A stretch of DNA of 8,893 nt from an uncultured archaeon. GTDB taxonomy: Archaea; Asgardarchaeota; Lokiarchaeia; Sigyniarchaeales; SOKP01. Under the pieces are notes generated by a model. It ran no database searches. It saw only the letters and a program-made list of their open reading frames with translations, and was not told where the DNA came from. Position numbers and translations under genes: made by a program. The stretch lies in the NCBI GenBank assembly GCA_964525635.1, contig CAZGJX010000142.1, forward strand, positions 1 through 8,893, in the 5' to 3' direction. Position 1 is the stretch's first letter. Every line of letters begins with the position of its first letter. Of this stretch, positions 1 through 5,874 are shown piece after piece.

Positions 1-1120
1 ATGCTGTATCAGACCAATTACTAGGAGGAATTGTTCCTTTAACATTAATAAAAATAGCTTTATTTGTTTCATATCGAGGTAATTCATTTGATAAAATTCT
101 AAGGTTTTTCGCTAGATTTCTTATATAATCAAAATATATTTCTTTAGCATATCTAGTTATACCATTTAATTGAATAATTGAAATTGCAGCACTTATATTT
201 TTAAAACATAATATATTTAGGAGTAGAGCATGTTCAAATGCAAACTTAAGAATTCCCTTTTTTTTGGGTAATAATGCATAAAGACCATAACTTTTAAAAT
301 TCATATTGTCTTGAATTTTTTGAATTTCAGATGCATTTAGTTTAGTAATTTCTTTATTTGGATCAATATTTAAATCATTCAACTTAGTCTTAATTATAAT
401 ATCGCTTTCTCCACCTATTCCCTTAATAAATGGTAAGATGCTTAGTTTTAATCCATTTTTTATAGAATTATGCATATTTCCAAATAACAGTAATCCTTCT
501 TTCTCTTCAAAAATTTTTTCATTTAATAATTCTTGATAAATTTCTTTATTAAAAGATTTAAGTTCATTCATTGGTTTTAGAGAGTCTCCAGCAATTCCAA
601 TAATAGTTGGCCATCCTTGATTAATGATTTGAGGTTTTAATCTTTTAGCAAACATATAAGCTAAGGTTGCTCCTGCTATATGATCAAGTCCATCAAATCC
701 ATACAAAGTTGGATTAATAAAAGTAAGGTTTTCTGGATATTCATCTTTATCTATATTACTATCAACTTCATGATGATCAAGAATAAAAAATTCTTCTTTT
801 CTATTTTTAATTATTGGAACTAATTCTGTAAGATTTGAACCTACATCTGTAAAGATATAAGCAATTTTATTTGTATTCCTCTTCGCAAGTATTCCTTTTA
901 GATAATTATCCCATGAAACAGATCTATTATAAATAAAATAATCATAACTTAAATTCATTCTATATAATAAATTTTGTATGAGGTATAGACAACTAATACC
1001 ATCAGCATCGTTATGAGAAATTGCAATAACTTCATTAAAGTTATTAGATAGATCACTAAAGGTATTTACACCATTATTAAGATCCTCTAAAAATTTACTT
1101 CGATCTGGTTCATTTTCCAT
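1..1120 (-). CDS. DHH-family phosphoesterase, archaeal RecJ/Cdc45 (GAN)-like; C-terminal part runs off the left edge of the window
   Basis: Absent from the supplied ORF track because it has no stop inside the window. Hand translation of the minus strand from ATG 1120-1118 stays open to base 1 (about 373 codons): MENEPDRSKFLEDLNNGVNTFSDLSNNFNEVIAISHNDADGISCLYLIQ...KEEFFILDHHEVDSNID...FDGLDHIAGATLAYMFAKRL...WPTIIGIAGDSLKP... The HNDADG and LDHH motifs are the DHH-superfamily signatures shared by RecJ-like nucleases. The DHHA1 part would lie beyond the edge. Confidence 0.8.
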   Translation of the reverse strand, partial: MENEPDRSKFLEDLNNGVNTFSDLSNNFNEVIAISHNDADGISCLYLIQNLLYRMNLSYDYFIYNRSVSWDNYLKGILAKRNTNKIAYIFTDVGSNLTELVPIIKNRKEEFFILDHHEVDSNIDKDEYPENLTFINPTLYGFDGLDHIAGATLAYMFAKRLKPQIINQGWPTIIGIAGDSLKPMNELKSFNKEIYQELLNEKIFEEKEGLLLFGNMHNSIKNGLKLSILPFIKGIGGESDIIIKTKLNDLNIDPNKEITKLNASEIQKIQDNMNFKSYGLYALLPKKKGILKFAFEHALLLNILCFKNISAAISIIQLNGITRYAKEIYFDYIRNLAKNLRILSNELPRYETNKAIFINVKGTIPPSNWSDTA

Positions 1121-1424
1121 TTATATCATTTTCTTAATTTAAAATACCTTTTATATCTCAATAAACATAAAATAACACTAATATACACATAAAATTATTA
1201 TTTAGAATATTCAATTTTTAAGAAAGGTTCAATTGCTTATATTATTAATAATTTATAACTCTTACAAATATAATCATAATAATAATATATGGTTATTTTA
1301 ATTTTTATCTATTAAGATATAAGATTTCATTACAGAAAATGAAAATTAAAATTATATGAAAGATTAGAAAAATTAATTTTAATTTTTAGTATTAAAAAAT
1401 TAGAAGTAATTTATTGGTTCAAAA

Positions 1425-3140
1425 ATGAGAAAAAATAAAAATAGATTAATGATTTTATTTGGAATTATTTTAATTTTTACTATTTTCATAAGTAGCTTTT
1501 CACCTCTCAATGTTTCAAGTAAGAATAATGGTGATACAGTAATTAATGATGTTGATATTAATCAAAATAATAAGAATTTAAATACTCAGGGATTTACTGA
1601 AGATGATTATACTTCTATTCTGAAAGAAGAATTAAGTAGTTTGGGAAATATAACTGTTCTCAATGCATCTTATCATAACGAAGGTTATTTTAAAAAAGGA
1701 GATTACCCTCATTTAAATGAAGATTATGAGAGTTATGCTCTAAATAGTACATACTACAATACGACATTTATCGAGTCAATTGAACACGCATCGGTAAATT
1801 ACTTAAAAAAAGAATATTTTGAGAATGATGATATGTATGTTAAATTAAATGATAGTGTTGTTTTTGAATATAATAATACTCTAGCTGGGGGTATAGGTGG
1901 ATTAAAAGGATTTATAGTATATCATCCGAAATTAGTAGTAGAGGAAGTTTTGGAAATATATATTAACAACACTAAAATTGATGAGGATCAATATTCAATT
2001 TTAAGCTATAATTTTCTATATTTCAATTATTATGAATATAATGATAATAGAAACAATGATACATTTACATTAGACTTTATCTATTCTCATAAAATCGAGG
2101 TAAAAAATTGGGAGATATCTCAAAATGATATTGATGATTTAATCGCTTATAATTCTAATTCCAATCTCGAAGCAGATTATAATTACTTTTTTGAAATTCG
2201 TAGTGATCAATATAAAGGAGCAAATCTTGGTAGTTCTACCGAAAATTCTAATTTAACTGTAAGTTTAAATGTTAGTCTATATGAGAGAGGTAATTTAGTT
2301 AATTTTAATTTAGCATTAAATGATCAGGAAGTAGATGATATAGTAAATTATGTAGATATGAATAATAATATTATAATCCCTCTATCAGATAATTTTACTT
2401 GCGATAATCATGAATTTTCATTGAATTTCACAAGTAATTTTGAAATTGAGTTTTTAGAAACAGTTGGTGGAAGTTGGGCTATAGATCGATTAATAGCTTC
2501 CAGAGACATAAGAGAAAGAATATACTTCCCATCAGTTATTTCAGGTCCAGAACATTTATTAATTAAATTCTCATTTTATGAATCCTCAATTTATATAGAA
2601 CAATTTAAAGATTGTTATTCGCTTTTTGATAGAGAAGTTGATGTAATAGAAGCTAATAAATCAGATGATGAATCAATTCCAAGAGGTTTAAAAATAAAAA
2701 CACCTTCTCTAATCATTGGAGAAAATGCATGTCCTTTTATGATAAAATATCAGACAAATAAAACAGTCAGAATAATTATAACGGATAATATTAATATGCC
2801 TGTTTGGGATTTAGATGTTGATTTATATTATTACAGTGCATCCTATGGAACATATGTTTCAAAAAATATAACTCAACCAGTAGCTCCTTTAATTGCAAAT
2901 GAGAATGGTGAAATTGTCTTAAGAAATATTCCTCTTGGAGAATATACATTTCGTATATATCGAGAGGGTAGTTTTATTAAAGAAAAGACTATACATATAA
3001 CAACGTTAGAACCTGAGATCTTTTATATTCATACAAATATCCCTCATTTCCCAAGTATTATTCTAGTATTTAGCCTTATGAGTGCCTTATTATTTTTTGT
3101 TGGATTTATTGCATATGTTAAAAATAAAAAAAAGAAATAA
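1425..3140 (+). CDS. Asn-rich, sequon-dense membrane-anchored extracellular protein of unknown function, with a probable prealbumin/carboxypeptidase-regulatory-like beta-sandwich near the C-terminus
   Basis: 571-aa ORF. The N-terminus has a basic stretch plus a hydrophobic signal/anchor (MRKNKNRLMILFGIILIFTIFISSF). The C-terminus has a TM helix followed by a Lys tail (FPSIILVFSLMSALLFFVGFIAYVKNKKKK). There are many N-x-S/T sequons. The segment NENGEIVLRNIPLGEYTFRIYREGSFIKEKTIHI resembles CarboxypepD_reg-type domains; this is recalled from memory, not searched. Confidence 0.75.
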   Translation: MRKNKNRLMILFGIILIFTIFISSFSPLNVSSKNNGDTVINDVDINQNNKNLNTQGFTEDDYTSILKEELSSLGNITVLNASYHNEGYFKKGDYPHLNEDYESYALNSTYYNTTFIESIEHASVNYLKKEYFENDDMYVKLNDSVVFEYNNTLAGGIGGLKGFIVYHPKLVVEEVLEIYINNTKIDEDQYSILSYNFLYFNYYEYNDNRNNDTFTLDFIYSHKIEVKNWEISQNDIDDLIAYNSNSNLEADYNYFFEIRSDQYKGANLGSSTENSNLTVSLNVSLYERGNLVNFNLALNDQEVDDIVNYVDMNNNIIIPLSDNFTCDNHEFSLNFTSNFEIEFLETVGGSWAIDRLIASRDIRERIYFPSVISGPEHLLIKFSFYESSIYIEQFKDCYSLFDREVDVIEANKSDDESIPRGLKIKTPSLIIGENACPFMIKYQTNKTVRIIITDNINMPVWDLDVDLYYYSASYGTYVSKNITQPVAPLIANENGEIVLRNIPLGEYTFRIYREGSFIKEKTIHITTLEPEIFYIHTNIPHFPSIILVFSLMSALLFFVGFIAYVKNKKKK

Positions 3141-3147
3141 GTAAAAT

Positions 3148-3477
3148 TTGATTGTAATTTTCATTGATGACATAGAAGATTTTGTTCAATTTCTGGATAA
3201 ACGTATAATGAATGAGATTTTTTTCGAATTCAGGAAAAAAAGTAAAACAGGTGATCTATCAAATGAAGTTGAGTTTGAAATATTTCTTCATTTTTTATCT
3301 AAAGTAGAAGAATCTATGGTCTTATATGAAACAAAAATTAACATTACTGACTTAAGTACTTCCTTAAATGAAGAGGAAGTAAAAACTAAAATACAAGAAA
3401 TTTTAAGTAAGGTTAATCCTTCTCTTAAATTAATAAAAGGGAAGATCCGTGAGATTTTTCTTTCGTATTCTTTTTAA
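3148..3477 (+). CDS. small hypothetical protein; start uncertain (TTG at 3148, or in-frame ATG at 3208)
   Basis: 109-codon ORF starting 8 nt downstream of the preceding gene on the same strand. No recognisable motif. The track start is TTG, and the first ATG is codon 21 (MNEIFFEF). Its stop overlaps the aIF2-gamma stop on the other strand. Confidence 0.4.
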   Translation: MIVIFIDDIEDFVQFLDKRIMNEIFFEFRKKSKTGDLSNEVEFEIFLHFLSKVEESMVLYETKINITDLSTSLNEEEVKTKIQEILSKVNPSLKLIKGKIREIFLSYSF

Positions 3478-4666
3478 TTTATTCTCTTTCCATAACCAAT
3501 TAGACGATATCTTCGATTTATGATCCTTGAGATAGCAAAAATAAAATTATCAGGTATGCAAACAGGAGGATTTAATTGTATAACATAAGTATCTTTTAAA
3601 ATTTTTTTTACAATTCCGGCGGTCTTTTCAGTTCCTACAACCATAAGTAATCTTTCTCCATGTTTTAAATTATGGATTTTTATCATCTCTTCGGAACCAA
3701 TAACTCTATCTAAAAGATGAACTTCTAGTTCTACTTCCTTAATTATTTCTGGCAAATTATCTAATTTCCCTGCTAAATGACCGATTAATGCATCACCTTT
3801 AGTTAATGCGGGATCTAGTTGTGTTCCAATCCCTATAAGCCCTCCTGGCTTAGCTTCAGTAAGAAAATTACTTCCTTGACTTAAACTTGTGATGATAGAT
3901 TTTATTGGAATATAATCATCTTTTATTTTTAATCCTGGGCGTATTTCTATTTGTTCTCTTAAACTTATTTTTCCTTTTAATACAGATCCTCCAACAACAC
4001 CGCCAACTAGTTTCTCAATTTCAGTTCCAGGTTTATTTACATCAAAAGAACGAGCTATTAAAAATTGAAATTCTTCACTTTCATCAACCTCAGGAGTAGG
4101 AATAAATTCATCAAATGCTCTCACAATAAGCTCAATATTAGCTCCAAAAACAGCAGAGATAGGAATTATTGGTGCATTTTCAGCTACCGTTCCTTTTATA
4201 AAATCTTTAATTTCTTTATAATTTTCAAGAGCTTCTTCTTTATTAACAGCATCAATTTTATTTTGAATAATTATTATATTTTCTATTCCTGCGATATTTA
4301 ATGCAGCTAAATGTTCTCTTGTTTGAGGTTGAGGACAAACCTCATCAGCAGCAATTAATAAACAAGCTCCATCCATAAGAGATGCTCCACTTAACATTGT
4401 CGCCATCAATATTTCATGTCCAGGAGCATCAACGAAGGAGATATTTCTTTTAAATTTCATTTGTCCTTGACAGTTAGGACATTTATATCGAGGTTCTCCT
4501 TTCTTTCTTGAACTTTCTATCATATGTAATGTTGCATATTCATCACATTCTGGACAATATAAAATTGTTGCATTTGAATATCCTAATTTTATAGAAATTC
4601 CTCTTTCTTGTTCTTCTGAGTGCCTATCGGTCCAATCTCCTGTTAAAGCTTTGACTAATGTGGTCT
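3474..4666 (-). CDS. eif2g: translation initiation factor aIF2 gamma subunit, exon 2 (last two bases of the P-loop Lys codon through the stop)
   Basis: The frame of ORF 3474..4523 stays open upstream to 4664. It reads (K)TTLVKALTGDWTDRHSEEQERGISIKLGYSNATILYCPECDEYATLHMIESSRKKGEPRYKCPNCQGQMKFKRNISFVDAPGHEILMATMLSGASLMDGACLLIAADE...IIIQNKIDAV...AENAPIIPISAV...RYRLIGYG. These are the a/eIF2-gamma hallmarks: G2-G5 GTPase motifs (DAPGH, NKID, SAV), a four-Cys zinc knuckle, and domains II/III. The track's M at 4523 is an internal residue. Confidence 0.9.
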
Positions 4667-4695
4667 ATATGGGAAATGCTGAAATAATCATCTCA
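4667..4695 (-). other. 29-nt bulge-helix-bulge (BHB) intron inside the aIF2-gamma coding sequence
   Basis: Minus-strand sequence UGAGAUGAUUAUUUCAGCAUUUCCCAUAU. Removing it joins A4696 to AG4666-4665, which creates AAG (Lys) and restores GHVDHG-K-TTLV in frame. The flanks form a central helix AUGG(4701-4698)/CCAU(4672-4669), 3-nt bulges UA|U and AU|A, an inner 6-bp helix GAGAUG/CAUUUC and an outer 8-bp helix. Details are in the findings. Confidence 0.75.
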
Positions 4696-5110
4696 TACCA
4701 TGATCCACATGTCCTACCAACCCAATGTTGCATTCTGCTTGTTTTATAATTATTTTTTGCATTTTTTTAGCAGAAATATCATCTTTTTTAGGTTTTTTAG
4801 AGATTAGTTTTGTTTCAACTTCAATTTTTTCTAAATGCTCTGTAACTTCTTCAAGTTCTTCTTCAATTTCTATTAAATCTTTTTTTGTATCTATTAAATC
4901 TCCTATTGTATCTTCTAAATCTTCTTCTGAATTCTGTAATAATTTTTTTGCATCCTCTATATATCTTAATGCTGTAGATTCGCCGATACCTTTAACATTT
5001 AATAATTCTCCTAACTTTATATTGGCTATTTTTTCTACGGAATCTATTCCTATAGCTCTCATACGTTCCGCTGTAGTAGTACCTATACCTTTTATTCTTT
5101 CTAACTCCAT
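4696..5110 (-). CDS. eif2g: translation initiation factor aIF2 gamma subunit, exon 1 (about 120-aa N-terminal HhH/acidic/Lys-rich extension plus the start of the G domain up to GHVDHG and the first base of the Lys codon)
   Basis: ORF 4688..5110 ends ...KQAECNIGLVGHVDHG, then MR-stop read from intron sequence. ECNIGLVGHVDHG is the start of the a/eIF2-gamma G1 P-loop. Two HhH motifs lie upstream (IKGIGTTTAERMRAIGI, VKGIGESTALRYIEDA). An alternative internal start, M117 (ATG 4762-4760), would give a canonical-length factor. Spliced CDS is 415+1193=1608 nt, i.e. 535 aa. Confidence 0.85.
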
Positions 5111-5128
5111 AATATTACTTTAAATTTA

Positions 5129-5148
5129 CTATTTCAATCTATTTCAAT
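5129..5148. repeat. perfect tandem direct repeat, 2 x 10 bp (CTATTTCAAT CTATTTCAAT), 19-38 nt upstream of the aIF2-gamma start codon
   Basis: Read directly: 5129-5138 and 5139-5148 are identical. On the gene strand the repeat is ATTGAAATAG x2. Function unknown; it lies in the expected promoter/5' leader zone. Confidence 0.6.
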
Positions 5149-5535
5149 ATTACAATAAAACATGTAAATTATTATTAAGAATGCATTATGAATAATAAAA
5201 CTATTCCAAATTACTTTATGATATCTAAAAAACCGTTATGAGGAACAAGAGTAAAAATTGATAAAATCTATCAAATTAATAAGGAAAGATGATATTTTTA
5301 CAACAAGTTAGTATTTGTCTTTCCAAATATCCAATTATTTTTTTAATTCTTAATGATAAAATCTTGGTTAATTAAGATGTAAAATTCCATTTTAAAAATT
5401 AACTTTATTTAAATAATAACTACTTACTGAAATAACTATATTAATTTATAATAGTTTTATCTTGAATAATTTTAGAAAAAGCATCTAAATAAAGATAAAA
5501 ATAAAAAGAATTTTGACCTTTTTTCTAAACTGAGT

Positions 5536-5772
5536 TTATGAATCTGATTTAAGTGTTTCAATCGTTTTTATTGCGCCAGGTTTTTTTTCTGGTTCAATAT
5601 AAGAAACCCCAAGTTGACTATCTAAAAAGAAAGTCGATGTTTTTCCACAAGTATCTTCATTATGATGAATATAAACAGGAGAGGGATATTTACTATTATC
5701 AATATCATCCTTATTTACTCTAAAGACAATTTTTTGACTACAATGGGGACAAACATTAAATTTAAGTGGCAT
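5536..5772 (-). CDS. small hypothetical protein with a possible CxxC...HH...C zinc-binding site
   Basis: 78-aa ORF: MPLKFNVCPHCSQKIVFRV...VYIHHNEDTCGKTS... It is divergent from the C25-like gene. It contains a CPHC knuckle plus downstream His/Cys. No family was recognised. Confidence 0.5.
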   Translation of the reverse strand: MPLKFNVCPHCSQKIVFRVNKDDIDNSKYPSPVYIHHNEDTCGKTSTFFLDSQLGVSYIEPEKKPGAIKTIETLKSDS

Positions 5773-5874
5773 TTGCTTTTTAAATCAATACATTCTTTCT
5801 TAAAATAAGAAAATTCTTATTTTTAAATTCTTATTTAATTAAATATAAAATTTATATTTTCATATTGAACTGAA

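Noticed and set aside
3905-4301. + strand ORFs 3905..4099 and 4065..4301, together with 4725..5123 (+) and 7079..7363 (-), from the ORF track
   Set aside because: All of them lie antisense within well-supported genes (aIF2-gamma, C25-like protease). Their translations are low-complexity and Phe/Ile/Leu/Ser-rich, as expected for the reverse strand of AT-rich coding sequence. They have no motifs.
4665-4698. A spliceosomal-type GT...AG reading of the aIF2-gamma interruption (GUAUGAG...UAUAG, 34 nt, or the internal GU...CAG of 20 nt)
   Set aside because: The 34-nt version leaves the exons out of frame (cat g|ac cac ...). The 20-nt version restores a frame but gives GHVDH-AFPI-stop and destroys the P-loop. 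Neither recreates the invariant Lys. Only the 29-nt BHB-defined excision does, and the gene context looks archaeal.
4665-4699. A simple frameshift, sequencing error or pseudogene as the explanation for the split aIF2-gamma
   Set aside because: The break is not a +/-1 indel. About 29 extra nucleotides sit at the break, both exons are otherwise intact with all GTPase motifs, and the insert boundaries coincide exactly with a complete hBHBh' fold. It cannot be fully excluded without transcript data or knowledge of a second gene copy.
4665-4699. Translational bypassing or hopping (T4 gene 60-like) across the 29-32 nt gap
   Set aside because: There is no matching take-off and landing codon pair. 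GGU and CAU do not recur in the landing frame, and bypassing could not supply the missing Lys codon.
5111-5535. A possible C/D-box sRNA or other small RNA in the long AT-rich intergenic region (AUGAUA-like and CUGA strings; small palindrome TTGATAAAATCTATCAA at about 5259-5275)
   Set aside because: There are no properly spaced C/D and C'/D' boxes, no terminal stem, and no GC enrichment or conserved-looking structure. Such short matches are expected by chance in AT-rich sequence.
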